Shown in pieces: positions 42,451 through 56,533 of a stretch of 64,000 nucleotides of DNA. Source of the DNA: Eledone cirrhosa (Eukaryota). Made by a program: the position numbers and the translations under genes. Location of the stretch: positions 265,360,001 through 265,424,000 of the forward strand of contig OZ024743.1 in NCBI GenBank assembly GCA_964016885.1, written 5' to 3'. The notes under the pieces were generated by a model, which was given only the letters and a program-made list of their open reading frames with translations, searched no databases and was not told the DNA's origin. Each line of letters starts with the position of its first letter. Positions within the stretch are counted from its first letter, which is position 1.

Positions 42451-43695
42451 TGTGAACCTTCGATTTGACCACTTGATTTAATTGAGAGATCCTCCTGCAA
42501 CCCAGTATCACACCAAGCCAATTTCACCCGCACCACTTACCAGCTGAAGCAGAAATTGTAGGGCGGAACAGTTTATACTCGGATTCAACCTCCTCAGTTT
42601 GCTCAGGGAATTTTTTTTAAATTGGATGCAACAGTACCCGCCTATCTTTTCCTGATTTCCGATTGTGTCAGTGCTTCCCCCTTTATCTTGTAGCTTGAGC
42701 TGAATCTGCAATTGTTTGGGCTTTATTTGGCTTTAGGTAGCCTCAGGTTTCAGATAAATAAATGGTTATCAGTAGACAGATCAGCGATTCTATTTACACG
42801 AACATCCAACATAGAATAGAAGATTCAAGGACAATAATAAAATCAATTATTGATCTCTGTCACCGATTCCGCTTATTTCATGCATATTATGGATTATTTG
42901 TGCTGGAAGATGGTATTCATCCCATTGCTAAAATAGAAGTCTAATAATGCCCCTCCATTCGTATTGAGATCAGGATCACTTCCTTCCAATCACTCTTTTT
43001 CATATCAAGTAGTCAATGCCAACATGAATACATCTAAAAATGGTATTTTATGCAATGGGCCTTTTCAAGCATTAAATCAAATGTTAATTTCTGATTTGAA
43101 GCAAGTCGCTTTTACTATCACAGCTATTCCATATTTGATATTTCTGGAATCATTTTTCAAAAATCGATTTTAAGCTGAAGATTTTCATGCTGGAACAACT
43201 TAACTATTTTACCAAAATCCTCAAAAACTTAATTACCTTATCCACATTTTTCCGTTATTCACTAGTTTGTGCCTCATTTTATTGAATTTTCTAACTTTAC
43301 ACTATGTTATTGTTCTTGTTTTATTTGCTTTTTATCGAAGTTTTTTTCATGGGTTGTTCTAGAGTATGATGTCAATCAGATTAACAAATTCTATCTAAAA
43401 ACATTTCTAAGAAAATTGCACTAAAATGTACCCAGTGCCATAAATTAGATCTTAAATTACAGTGCCTGCCGTGTACTTTGGTAGATTGATTATCATGACA
43501 GGCACAGGTTGATTGGACTTTCTACTAAGTCCTCGTTTTTCTAAAGTATCACATCAAAAGCTTTCGTTTAAAATGGCAGTATCTTGTTCATTTGATTTTT
43601 GTAGAAGGTTCAACTGGCTAATGAGTTTTAAACAAGAGATTAAAATAAACGCATCTGATTGTTCCTTCGAGTTTTATTCAATACAGATTTATTGA

Positions 43696-43762
43696 TTTAA
43701 ATTGCGTGATTTGGTATATATCTAGTATATATTTAAATTGCGTGATTTGGTATATATCTAGT
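43696..43762. repeat. Local tandem duplication (about 32 bp x2)
   Basis: atttaaattgcgtgatttggtatatatctagt occurs twice. Confidence 0.85.
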
Positions 43763-44336
43763 GCACAAAGATGGGTAGGTAGAGAAAAAGTATGTATTAC
43801 TATCAATCATTCTATTAGTGGAAGCAAAAAGTTACAAACGAAATTAGACTAACACAATTGTTACCAAAATTATTAACAACAAAGACAATTAAGGTTACAA
43901 GCGGTAGATAAAAGTCAGTTCGCACCTACAACGTCTTAAATACGTTAGGGACACAGGGGATAATGTAGGTCTCGATATATAAACATAAAGTAAAATAACA
44001 AAATGGTGATAACTAGATCATATCATATCATATATCAATTTGATCCTGTTTTAGACGGGATGAAAGAGCTGCAAAAAATTAAAACTATAATAATTGCAAT
44101 ACACAAAGAAAGAGACCTCGTTAATTTAATGGCCCCTAATATTTAACTGCTGTTTACGTTGTACTCTGCAGCAGAATGACGATACATGAAATAGAATTTG
44201 AAATGCAGATTGTAAAGTTCAGCATTATGAGATCAACAGTGAAATTAGGTACCACGAGCAATGGCGCTAGATAACATATTTTTCCAAGAGGGGTTTAGTT
44301 CCCTTAGTTTTACATATTATTATTATTATATTATTA

Positions 44337-44733
44337 CGGTGGATTTGCAGTATCGGTAGAGGATCGTACGCCATGCTTTCTAGCATAGAGTTTACGGTCT
44401 GAGTTCAAATCCCATCGAGGTTAACTTTGCATTTCATCCATATTGGGTCGATAAAATAAAGTACCAGTCACGCACTGGGGTCAATTTAATCGACTTCCTC
44501 GTCCCTCAAAATATGCTGGCCTTGTGCCTATATAAGAAACCATTATTATTATATTATTACGGTGGATTTGCAGTATTGGTAGAGGGTCGGACGTCGTGCT
44601 TTCTAGCATAGAGTTATTCCCTTTACGGTCTGAGTTCAAATCCCACCGAAGTTAACTTTGATTTTCATCCTTACAGGGTCGATAAAATAAAGTACACTGG
44701 GATAATTGCTGGCCTTGTGCCAAAATTAGAAAC
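44337..44733 (+). mobile_element. Two tandem SINE copies (44337-44540, 44560-44733)
   Basis: Both match 14521-14706 and both are preceded by ttattattatattatta. Confidence 0.85.
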
Positions 44734-44903
44734 AATTATTATTATATTATGTTTACTATCGACCATGGAAGGATGAAGCACAAATAGGAGTTCGGTTTTG
44801 AATTCAGAAAACGTCCACCACCATCAATAACTTAAAACAACAAACCTTTTCGAGCTAGCAATATCAAGTCTTCACAGGTCAGTCTCCAATAATAATAATA
44901 ATT

Positions 44904-45084
44904 GTTTCTACTTTAGGCACAAGGCCAGCAATTACCCAGTACATTACTGATACTTTATTTTATCAACCCCGTAAGGAAGAAAGGCAAAGTTGACGTCGGC
45001 GGATTTGAACTCAGAATGGAAAGGGCCGTAACTCTATGCGTCAAAGCATGACGTCCGACCCTCTACCGATACTGCCAATCCACC
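44904..45084 (-). mobile_element. SINE (14521 family)
   Basis: Reverse-complement similarity to 14521-14706. Confidence 0.85.
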
Positions 45085-45301
45085 AATAATGATAGTAATT
45101 TCGAATACCCGCATTCTCTTTCTCCCTCTCTCTACTGAAATTTTCCTCTTCCGGAAAGACATGGCAGCTTTATAATGTGGTGCTACAATCTAATAACTGC
45201 TAGAACTAGAAATTGTATAATAGAAATTTTGTTTACAAATTTTTTGTTTTTTTTAATAACAAGTCTTATAAAACGGAGACTTGACTGCTGTTGTATCAAG
45301 G

Positions 45302-45390
<89 letters not shown>

Positions 45391-46672
45391 GGGGGGGGGG
45401 GATATCTGTGTTTGTGTTTGTGCGTGTGTATGGGTGGTGATTTGTTCGTGTATTATAAAAGAGATAAAGAAATGTAATACGACCTTCGCGTGTTTGCACA
45501 TAGATTGCTGTGATTTATTTAAATATCCACCCTTCAATCATCGTAGTGAGATTTTTTAGTGTATTCTTTCGGTTCATAGAATGAATTAGGGAGTATTGAT
45601 AAATGAGTAAGAAAATTTAATTTTCTTATGTACAATTTTCTAATAAAGACATAAAAATATGTTCGCAAAATCGCTTTGCTTGTTTCACGAGTAGTTAACT
45701 CACAGATTAAATTTCGATATCCATCAGAATGGTAAGTAGAAATTATTCTACAGACATAAATATGTCCAATAATTGATGTATTTTGACATATTTTGTAGTT
45801 ACATATACAAATAGTTAGACATCATGTGTTTAGCTATTTTGACTTCAGGATAATATTATTTTCAGTTAAAATAATCATAAAATGATATATGTATATGTGT
45901 ATGTTTGTGTTATATTGAGTAAGTGACAGTATATGTCTGTTTGTGTATGTTTGTGATATATTGAGTAAGAGCCAGTGTATGTTTGTATGTGTATGCAGAG
46001 ATGGGGTGATTGTATAAATGTGTGTATGTATTTGTATGTGAAATTATGTGTACGTGTCTGTATATGATTGGGTCCGAATATCTGTGTGTTTATCACATGC
46101 ACATGCTTATATGTGTATGCAATTGTGTGTTAACAGATTGCCTACAGTTGAATGCATGCTTGTATTTGTCTCTATGTTTGTGTTTGTGTGCTTGAGTCTA
46201 TGTGTTATTGTATGAATCTGTGGAGATGCATGTCTCTGTAGATATGCCTGAGTGTGTATGTGTACTGGTTTGTTTGTGTTAGGTCAGGGGAAAACAATAA
46301 TATAAATACAATATCATTCCGATCAGCTATGTTGAAAAAAGAAGCAAAAAATCATATACTTATAATCCAGCCAGGATGAACGTATTAATACCCAGATCAG
46401 CCATTTTGACACCTCTAAATCTTCAGGTTTTATATCAGCAGATAGAAATTTTATTAAAATCTCATGAAATACGAGTGTGTTTCTGCTTTATCGGGATGTA
46501 GCCAATATATCATGTATGTTTATGTGTTTATATGTGTGTGTGCGTGCGCATGTGTGTACAGGTGTGCGTGTGTGATTGCGTCTTTAGCAAGACGCCTAAA
46601 GCATTGTTAAGAAATTTGGTATGTGCCATTTTGTTGTTCTTATCATTTATTAAATATATATTTATATATATG

Positions 46673-46730
<58 letters not shown>

Positions 46731-46731
46731 C

Positions 46732-46784
<53 letters not shown>

Positions 46785-47207
46785 TTATTCTGGGTTGAGT
46801 CGGAGTATATATATATATTAAAAAAGATGCCCTTCAAAATTGCGAATAACCGTTGTTTCAGCAAATAGAGTGTTCCTCTCCGAGAAACAAGCCCGTGCAA
46901 TGTGTTTTAGTGGAGATCAGAACGGCAGCAGCCGCTTATGAATGCCTGTCTTCCATCTTTACGCCAGCGATGTCGTCAAAGGCAAAATTAAAGGACGATG
47001 CAGCTTAACACCAGAGACGTCGGAAGTCATTTCTATATTTGATGGAACTAACGTAACATGAAATAATGTGACATGCTCAAGGATCATACGCACAATCTCA
47101 CGTTTGTGAATCCAACTCTCTAAGCACATGCCACAGGCCATCACACGAGAATTCGCTGCCAATGTGTGTGTGTATGTATGTATGTATGTATGTATGTATG
47201 TGTGTGT

Positions 47208-47270
<63 letters not shown>

Positions 47271-47287
47271 CGTGTGTGCGTATGCAC

Positions 47288-47364
<77 letters not shown>

Positions 47365-47589
47365 TATATACAACAAAGTACGTTTATACCGCCACTTAAT
47401 GAAAACCCTTTGTTTGCTTGCAAGATGAACCTTGAAAATTAGGAATGCCTGCATATGTATCATTCTGTACCACTATGTATTTTTCTCTACATATAGTCTT
47501 TTAAAGGAATCCCCAATGACCTCCACCCATCCCGATCACCAGCTTGCCCTAGCAACAAAATATATAAATACCACCATATCACATTGACA

Positions 47590-47654
47590 GTCGGCTTTCC
47601 TGATGATTTCATTCGAATGAAACAGTTCTAGTCCTGTAGAATCCATTTCTATAT

Positions 47655-47660
<6 letters not shown>
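47590..47660 (+). ncRNA. Hammerhead-like motif (37003 family)
   Basis: CTGATGA(47600)-tttcattcgaat-GAAA-CAGT-TC-tagtcc. Stem I is weak. Confidence 0.5.
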
Positions 47661-47712
<52 letters not shown>

Positions 47713-47714
<2 letters not shown>

Positions 47715-48471
47715 AAATGTTCAATTTGTCCAGCTATTTAAACGTATGTTATTACGCTAAGGACAACCCTCATTGAGTGCTTTACTCACTCATTAATATT
47801 GTAGGTCGACTTTGCTTGCCCACAGCCAAAGCTTCGATTTTACTAAGGTTCCACTCGTATTATTTTCTCGTACACTTAATAATTAACTAATTAATTTAAT
47901 TAGACAATTCTGTTGATTTGTTAATTATTTGTGTTTGTTTAATAACATATGGTTGAGAGCTTTTATTCTGAATGTTAGCGGAAATTATAATATTTCCTTT
48001 GTTAACACTTTGAATCTACCCGCCAAAAACCGGGGGCTGCTTCCCCTGTTGGAAATAACACGTGACAACTAAGTGTTCGCTGGATGCCTTCTAGCGGCCG
48101 CATTTAGCTCGTCCACTCCGATTTTTGACAGAACGGAATCCCTGTTGATGAAATTAATCCTCTGTTCGATCATGGAATACCACGAGCGTGCCTGATACGT
48201 AAGTTGGATAACTGATTTCGGATTCATAGAAACACTTTAAACGTATATCGTTTGATTTTTCCATGTCTATCTGATTAACCTGTAAGTTTTTCCGTTACTT
48301 TGGTATTGTGTGGTTAGGTTTTGCCCACCACAATGTTCAATTTGTCCAGCTATTTAAACGTATGTTATTACTCTAAGGACTTACCCTTATTGAGTGCTTT
48401 GCTAACTCATTCATATTGTTAGTCGACTTTGCTTGCCCACAGCCAAAGCGTTCGATTTTACTAAGCTTCCA

Positions 48472-48473
<2 letters not shown>
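47713..48473 (+). mobile_element. Element bounded by about 140-bp direct repeats, in (TA)n
   Basis: 47713-47855 resembles 48331-48473 (aatgttcaatttgtccagc...attgagtgcttt...ttccact). Confidence 0.7.
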
Positions 48474-48520
<47 letters not shown>

Positions 48521-48533
48521 GGGGAGAGAGAGG

Positions 48534-48623
<90 letters not shown>

Positions 48624-50190
48624 GAAATTGGTAATAGCACGCGAGATATATTTAATGGTCTCTTTTTCTTTTTTGATTCGTCAAAGTGACATTATTGAAG
48701 AGATAATTGTTTATACTTTAGGCACAAGGCCAGCAATTACCCAGTGCATTACTGGTACTTTATTTTATCGACCCCGTAAGGATGAAAGGCAAAATCAACC
48801 TCGGCGGGATTTGAACTCAGATCGTAAAGGGACGTAATTATTGAAGAGATAATGTTATTAAAATAGGAGAGGGACAATTATTTTAAAAACTTTTTTTTCT
48901 TTTACGATGTGTATATGAAGAAATTACCGGTTTCGATGTATTAAAATCCATCTGGTCAAATGTAGAGTGTAAACAATTAAAAAGAGTTGATAGGAGTCAA
49001 AAACGAAAGGTTTAAAATTAAAATCAAAATCAAAATCGAATGTTTGAATAAATGTTCTTCCATCCTGCTTGCTGAAAGGTTGGGTGGAATTAGACCAGTA
49101 CTTGTTTTTCTGCAAGGGAGGAAATTGTTTTGAAAAATATCCTGTGAATGTATTGTTAATCTAGTGGTTAATAGTTCAAAAGAGGATAGGGGATTGTGAG
49201 AGCTGAATTCTGTAGTAGTAGTAGTAGGATGGTATGTGTACATATCTACACAGACACATATATATATATATATACTGTATATCCTTTGGATTTTAGTTCA
49301 TAATTTTTGACAATTTTCTGAATTTTGAAGTAAAAAATATTTTCTTAGTTCCCCTCCACAAAAGAAAGTAGCTGTGACAGACAGGCTGAAAAGGACACAC
49401 AAACACACACAACAATCCCACACACACACACACACATGTGTTTATTACTAAATGGACTGTGACAGACAAACTGAAAAAAAACACATACATACATATAACA
49501 CACACTCACATATGTGTACTGTTGTATATACACCCCCACTCTCTTTCTATGTGTGTGTGTGTATATATGTACATGTGTATGTATATGTACATGTACCATC
49601 CTAATACTACTACTACTACAGAATTCAGCTATCCCATTTTGAACTATTGACCACTAGATTAACAATACATTCACAGGATATTGTTCAAAACAATTTCCTC
49701 CCTTGCAGAAAAACAAGTACTGTTCTAATTCCACCCAACCTTTCAGCAAGCAGGATGGAAAAACATTTATTCAAACATTCGATTTTGATTTTGATTTTAA
49801 TTTTAGACCTTTCGTTTTTTGCTCCTATCAACTCTTTTCAATTTTTTATACTGTACATTTGACAAGATGGATTTTAATACATCGAAACCGGTAATTTCTT
49901 CATATAATTTATACACATCATTAAAAATAAAAATTTTTTTTAAATAATTGTCCCTCTCATTTTTTAATAACGTCACTTTGACGGATCAAAAAGGAAAAAC
50001 AGACCCTTAAAAATATCTCCCGTGCTATTTCCAACTTCGGTAGCTTCAAATAAATGGTAGAAATTCACCCGCCTGCCGATGTAAATAAATGCCACGGCTT
50101 TGAAATCGTTAAATTGAAATATCGTGGAACGCGAATCACATATGGCTGATTCTGGTGAATCAGGTAGCACATTTTTTAACACATACAATG
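48624..50190 (+). mobile_element. Older fold-back PLE-type element with HHR variant
   Basis: Arms 48624-49243 (interrupted by a SINE) and about 49586-50038 are inverted. Motif acat-TTGACAA-gatg..catc-GAAA-CCGG-TA-attt at 49855-49897. Confidence 0.8.
48708..48836 (-). mobile_element. 5'-truncated SINE with 17-bp TSD
   Basis: TSD attattgaagagataat at 48691-48707 and 48837-48853. Confidence 0.9.
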
Positions 50191-50537
50191 TGCTATTGTT
50201 ATATATATGACTGAAAGAAGAAGGATATATTTCTATGCAGTTTCTTCAAAAATGCACTATAAATACATTTTACATTAATATATAAATATCCATATGTGCA
50301 TGAATGTTTGTATTTGTGTATGGGTGTGTTGTTGGGTGGTGAGTTTCTGTCAGGGAATGGGCGTGAAACTATTTTAATCTCCTTTTCTTTGCAATCTTTC
50401 AATACTGTCAAAATCAGAACTCCAACTTATCAAGTAGGTGTAATAAAATCAGTTTTATTTTCACTCACTCGGGGACATTGCGTAGTTTTCTTTCTATATT
50501 CCACTGATTTCTGAGGCTGTTCCTTCTCTCTCTTCAA

Positions 50538-50655
<118 letters not shown>

Positions 50656-50662
50656 ATGTGTT

Positions 50663-50733
<71 letters not shown>

Positions 50734-51127
50734 GTGTGTAATTGCGTTCTGTAGGTTTTATGATTGTAGGTTTTTTTTCTGTTGACGTATAAACCCTAAA
50801 TAATTACCTTTCGTTCATAATCAAACTAAAACAAACATATATTTTAGCTGTAGATTTTACTATATTCACCGAAAATAAATCACTCTCTTGAGACTGTTCT
50901 GCTAAATTGGATTAAACTCAAATCCAAAATGTGTTTCTGATTTAGCTGATATTTCAGCCGTATTTTAACGTAATAATGTTCTGGTGTGGACTTGAAATTA
51001 AGTGACTTAAATCTATTTTTGTTCTTCATGCTTTGAAGCTTCAGGAAGTTGTGGGCGGTGTTTGTTTTCTTAAGGCAATGTTATTTATGTTATACGGTTA
51101 TTATCTCTGGAGAACTTTTAAACTGTG

Positions 51128-51166
<39 letters not shown>

Positions 51167-51192
51167 GGGTAGGAGAGAGGGTGTGTGTGGGT

Positions 51193-51223
<31 letters not shown>

Positions 51224-51678
51224 TTGTATACGTGTATGTGCTTGAAAATAATAAAATAAATAATGTGCAACACAGCTGCACAAAAGTTAATTTCTGAATG
51301 AATTAACAAAAGTAACTACCGAGTTATAGACTCAAGGGGTATGAGATTGCTTCTAGAAATAGATCATTTGCTCTTTCCATTCAAAATAATAACATATGTG
51401 CGATATATTGGTTGCAAACAAAGAAATAATAGAAAACACAGTCGAGCAGCAAATACAAAATATGTAATATTCTGAAGTAGAATGCACTCGTGGACAAAAG
51501 ATTGCTATTTGACCCACCTTTAAATTCAGAGTTTACAATAAACCTAGAGGTTTATATTGTTGATTTGCGCAATGGGTATTGGACACACACAGACACACAG
51601 ACACACACACACACATACACACATGAACACACATACGCATATACGCATACATACACACACATACACACATATATATAT

Positions 51679-51745
<67 letters not shown>

Positions 51746-51747
<2 letters not shown>

Positions 51748-51862
51748 CGTGTGGCTGAGTGGTTAGAGAATTGGATTCGCAATCGTAAGGTTGTGAGTTC
51801 GATTCCTGGATCAGGCGACGCGTTATGTCCTTGAGCAAGACACTTTATTTCACGTTGCTCCT
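51746..51862 (+). mobile_element. tRNA-derived SINE
   Basis: A box tggctgagtgg and B box gagttcgattcc, followed by a non-tRNA body gtccttgagcaagacacttta. Confidence 0.8.
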
Positions 51863-52283
51863 TCTACCTGGAGTTGCGACCGATAGATAGTATTAGCAAT
51901 TGGAAAGACCAACGGAAACATTGTTCCCTCGGTCCGATTTGACGAAAGTCGATCGTTCCTAAAAAAAAAAAAAAATAGAGATATAGATATATCCACATCC
52001 GGAACAAAGTGTCCCACCTAAGATTTCAACATCTAATCATGTCAATTTCCCCAGGAAGGTGCAGAGTGAAAGAGTGATCTCACAAATCTCATCGCTTTTC
52101 GATTTTGCAGTACCTACCACGATTTAGGGAGATGGAAATAATTGGACATTGATACCTTAGGTATCCCTTTTTGTACTGTGTATACACAGAAATAAATGCT
52201 ATATCAGATATCACACCACATTGAGTACTGTATTCCTATTTCCTCTTTCACATAGCCCGTTCAATCATCTGGCAGGAAGGTAT

Positions 52284-52326
52284 ACGGTGCTGACGATAGC
52301 TAATATGCTTGAAACTAGTTCATCGT
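52284..52326 (+). ncRNA. Minimal hammerhead ribozyme
   Basis: acggtg-CTGACGA-tagc/taatat/gctt-GAAA-CTAG-TT-catcgt, with a 6-bp stem I. Confidence 0.8.
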
Positions 52327-53292
52327 TCCTTTGTCAGTGTTGAACAAAAGGGCAACGATGGTTGCTAAACACTGTACGGCTTAATTCGGGATGATTGTTT
52401 ACAAACAAACCGAGCATTATAATAAATGTTCGGTAAATCCATACGTACATATATATATATGTGTGCATGTATGTATATATATACATACTACTGTACGTCT
52501 GAATACATATATGTATGTACGTATACATACTTGTATATAGATAGATAGATATATTTGTGGGTGTGTGGGTGTGTGTATTTAACGTTTTCATATGTTAATC
52601 TGGCGATGCAATAATTACAGTTTCCATAGTTTATGATTCTGGCTGGGCATGTTGTCTTACAATTAAACCTATGCGTGTGTGCTACAAATTAATTTGTTGA
52701 GCAAATTGTAAACAGCGAGATCTAAACTGGTGGATATCGATCTACATACTTATTACTTTAATTAACACCCCACATTTTTTCTTTAAATATTGTCGCGTTT
52801 TCCATATCGGTGATGTCATGCTACTATAATAAGCCACTCAGCCACTGATGCTACCATTTACTGACCGACTACCAGTTCACACGTGGGAAACCATCATCTA
52901 TTTTGAAATTTAGTCGTAAGACAGATTTGGGGAAATTCATCACAGAACGATGAAAATTCAATTGTCCGGAATTTGCTGGTTAAGTATTTATTATTAATCG
53001 ATGACCAGCGGAATCTCTGTGGAATTTAAAACAGTAATAATCTACCATATTAGACGTGGACTTTTGTACTCCATTGGAATTTTGATTGCTAAACTAAAAG
53101 ATACTGGTGGATTCAAATGATGAAATTGTGAGTAATTTAGCGTTTCATATGATAATATGTCGATACAATATTTACACTGTGTTCCTAGCTGAGACTGGCA
53201 ATGTTGTATTGCAATTAACCCTTTTCTATGCGTACGCTCCAAATGAATTGTAAACAACAAGATCGAAATCAATGAATATAGATATGAACACT

Positions 53293-53330
<38 letters not shown>

Positions 53331-53335
<5 letters not shown>

Positions 53336-54705
53336 AACCAGTAAGACCCCGACAGCTGAGCTCAAGCCGTTTCGACGGCTAATTCTGGACTAAATGAAAA
53401 TTTATCCTGGTATTTACATAGCCGATCTTCTCAAGGGGTAATTCCATATATGGTCAAAGTGATTGTCAAAAATCAGTAGTAATTCTGTGGTTGCAAATTA
53501 GTAGGGGAGATGGTGGCTAAACCTGCCAGTAGGAGAAAGAGGGGAGGGGGTGGAGTAGACCCAATCAAGCGTTGGTAGTGCCAGCTACAGCTGGGCATGA
53601 GGTCAAAGAAGATACAGGGGAGGGGGAGGGGGAGGAAGTCGGAACGGTAGGTAGAACAATGGGGGGTAGAAATATATAGGAAAGAAAAGAAAAAAAAAAA
53701 AAAAAAAATACTGAGAGTGAAGAAAAGCAAATAAGTGTAAAGAAAAAAGTAAAGTAAATTAAATTCTACGACCTAGGTCTCAGGCTATTGTAAGGCTAGA
53801 ATAAAATAAAGAAAGAAAGAAAGAAGTAAAGAAATAAATAAATAAATAAATAACGAAATAAGTAAAAGAACTACGTGGGACGGATAGGCAAGGACCCTTT
53901 TATAATAATTCTGAATTATTATCTCGTACAAGTTCACTTTGCTGCACTGGGTCGTTGCTGGCCCGGGATGGAAACCTTTATTGTTTATTTCGTGGTAGTC
54001 TCTTTAGTATTTTGGCCCCTTTTGTTGACCCGTCACCGTATCATTTACGTACTTATACCTCTTAAAAGGGTCCTTGCCTATCCGTCCCACGTAGTTCTTT
54101 TACTTATTTCGTTATTTCTTTATTTATTTATTTCTTTACTTCTTTCTTTCTTTCTTTATTTTATTCTAGCCTTACAATAGCCTGAGACCTAGGTCGTAGA
54201 ATTTAATTTACTTTACTTTTTTCTTTACACTTATTTGCTTTTCTTCACTCTCAGTATTTTTTTTTTTTTTTTTCTTTTCTTTCCTATATATTTCTACCCC
54301 CCATTGTTCTACCTACCGTTCCGACTTCCTCCCCCCTCCCCTGTATCTTCTTTGACCTCATGCCCAGCTGTAGCTGGCACTACCAACGCTTGATTGGGTC
54401 TACTCCACCCCCTCCCCTCTTTCTCCTACTGGCAGGTTTAGCCACCATCTCCCCTACTAATTTGCAACCACAGAATTACTACTGATTTTTGACAATCACT
54501 TTGACCATATATGGAATTACCCCTTGAGAAGATCGGCTATGTAAATACCAGGATAAATTTTCATTTAGTCCAGAATTAGCCGTCGAAACGGCTTGAGCTC
54601 AGCTGTCGGGGTCTTACTGGTTCCTATTACCCATTCTACTACCTCAAGTATTGAGTACTTTGGTGCGTTATGGTCCACCTGGTTCCTTACCACATTTCCT
54701 TCGTT
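53331..54705 (+). mobile_element. Young fold-back element (about 570-bp arms) with tail, in (TA)n
   Basis: Arms 53331-53902 and 54063-54627 are near-identical, with a 160-bp spacer and tail 54628-54705. HHR-like TTGAGAA(54524)-gatcggcta..tagccgtc-GAAA. Confidence 0.9.
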
Positions 54706-54765
54706 ATATATATATATATATATATATATAAATATGTGTGTCTATATATATATATATATATGTGT

Positions 54766-54839
<74 letters not shown>

Positions 54840-55528
54840 ATACATACATATAATAAATACATTTATATATATATATATATATATATTAATAACAGGAATT
54901 CCAGCTTTGTCTGATTTACTCGTTTTATTTACAATCCTTTAAAATTAGTAGCAGAAAAACCACATTTCGGGTTGTTTTCTGCTAGCGTGTGTAGTGTGTA
55001 TATTTATATTATACGCAAGTATATATACATGTAGATATGCTACGTCAAATAAAATCGTAATTGACAATATATAATACATAGAAATTGAACGAAGACTGCG
55101 TTACACTGTCTTATTTAATCAGTAACGTAATCCATGAGACATTAAAAAAGACGATATTAAATATGAACTGCATTAGGAGAAAATTAGTGACAGAAAATTA
55201 GCGATGGCCAGCCGGAGTGTTGACATTTCAGAAATTTTAAAGAAGTGAATATTTAAATAAACAAAGTATATTTAATGAACAGCCAGGAAATTTAATAGAT
55301 AAATTATATAATATTCATTCCTTATTTATTCAAAGTAATCCAACTTATTTTACAAACGGGTTGAAAAAAAATAAACCGAACGCAATCCCGCAGACCTTTC
55401 TTTATTATAGTTTACATAATGATATTATATTGAAATAGTATGGTAGAAGATTAAATGTTAAATATTAATTGAACAGGTACTTTCATGCTTTCGCAATCTT
55501 CAGGTTCATATTCAGTGGTGTCATTCAA

Positions 55529-55800
55529 GTACTTTACTGCATTAAATGACCGAATTGTGAAAACTATACGTCGGTAAAAACTGGAAATGCACTATCGGAA
55601 CGTGCACGGGTGCACCGAGAGCAAATGAGAGACCTAAATGTCCGTCAGATACCTCTGAGTAACCATCTAGCAACATGTGGTCAGAAAATATTTATAATAT
55701 TTCCATTCTACAAACTACACAGCCCAAGTGAAATCAAGAGAAAATTAAAGAAAATAATTTTATTGATAAATTCCAACCTAAGCTAAATGAAAAATAATAA
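55529..55800 (+). pseudogene. PLE GIY-YIG endonuclease remnant
   Basis: VLYCIK*PNCEN/YVG/KTGNALSERARVHREQ..PLSNHLATC..FPFYKL../KENNFIDKFQPKLN, with frameshifts. Confidence 0.85.
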
Positions 55801-56193
55801 TGCTTAGGGGTATTAATTACTTCTACTATGACTACGCCTACGACCATGTTGGCTACCACCACTAACATAAACAACAACAACAACAATAATAGTAATAATA
55901 AAAGTGATATTGATGTTGATGATTACTGAAGATTTTTTATAAAAACCCTAGAAAATGCTATTTTCATCATTTCTAAAATTAGCAAAACAATTGATGTTTG
56001 GATCGGGGTTAAATAGAATTCGTTAGACATGCACAACCAATCATGACGCCTAAACGAATTAGCTTTAGTAAGCTAGTGAAAGCACAACGGATTAGCCGAA
56101 ATACAGTTCGCAAAACTTAGCATTGTGTAGCCCCTTTTTACTGTATATAAGGCACTGTTTGGAAATTACCAACTTGACTGACACCACTTAATA

Positions 56194-56232
56194 TGAACCT
56201 CAAGATTGCGAAAGCATGAAAGTACTTGTTCA
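56194..56232 (+). ncRNA. Minimal hammerhead motif (each arm carries different mutations)
   Basis: tgaac-CTCAAGA-t-tgc-gaaa-gca-t-GAAA-GTAC-TT-gttca. The other arm has CTGAAGA but GTAC-CT. Confidence 0.7.
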
Positions 56233-56381
56233 ATTAATATTTTACATTTAATATTCTACCATAATATTTCATTATAATATCATTATAATTTTAAAGGATT
56301 GTAAATAAAACGAGTAAATCAGACAAAGGTGGAACTCCTTTTATTAATAGAATCTTCTATACACAATCATACACACTCCTG

Positions 56382-56497
<116 letters not shown>

Positions 56498-56533
56498 TAT
56501 ATACAGTGTATTCATATATACTTATACATATGC

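Noticed and set aside
51746-51815. tRNA gene
   Set aside because: A and B boxes are present, but the acceptor stem is poor and it runs into a SINE body. It is a tRNA-derived SINE head.
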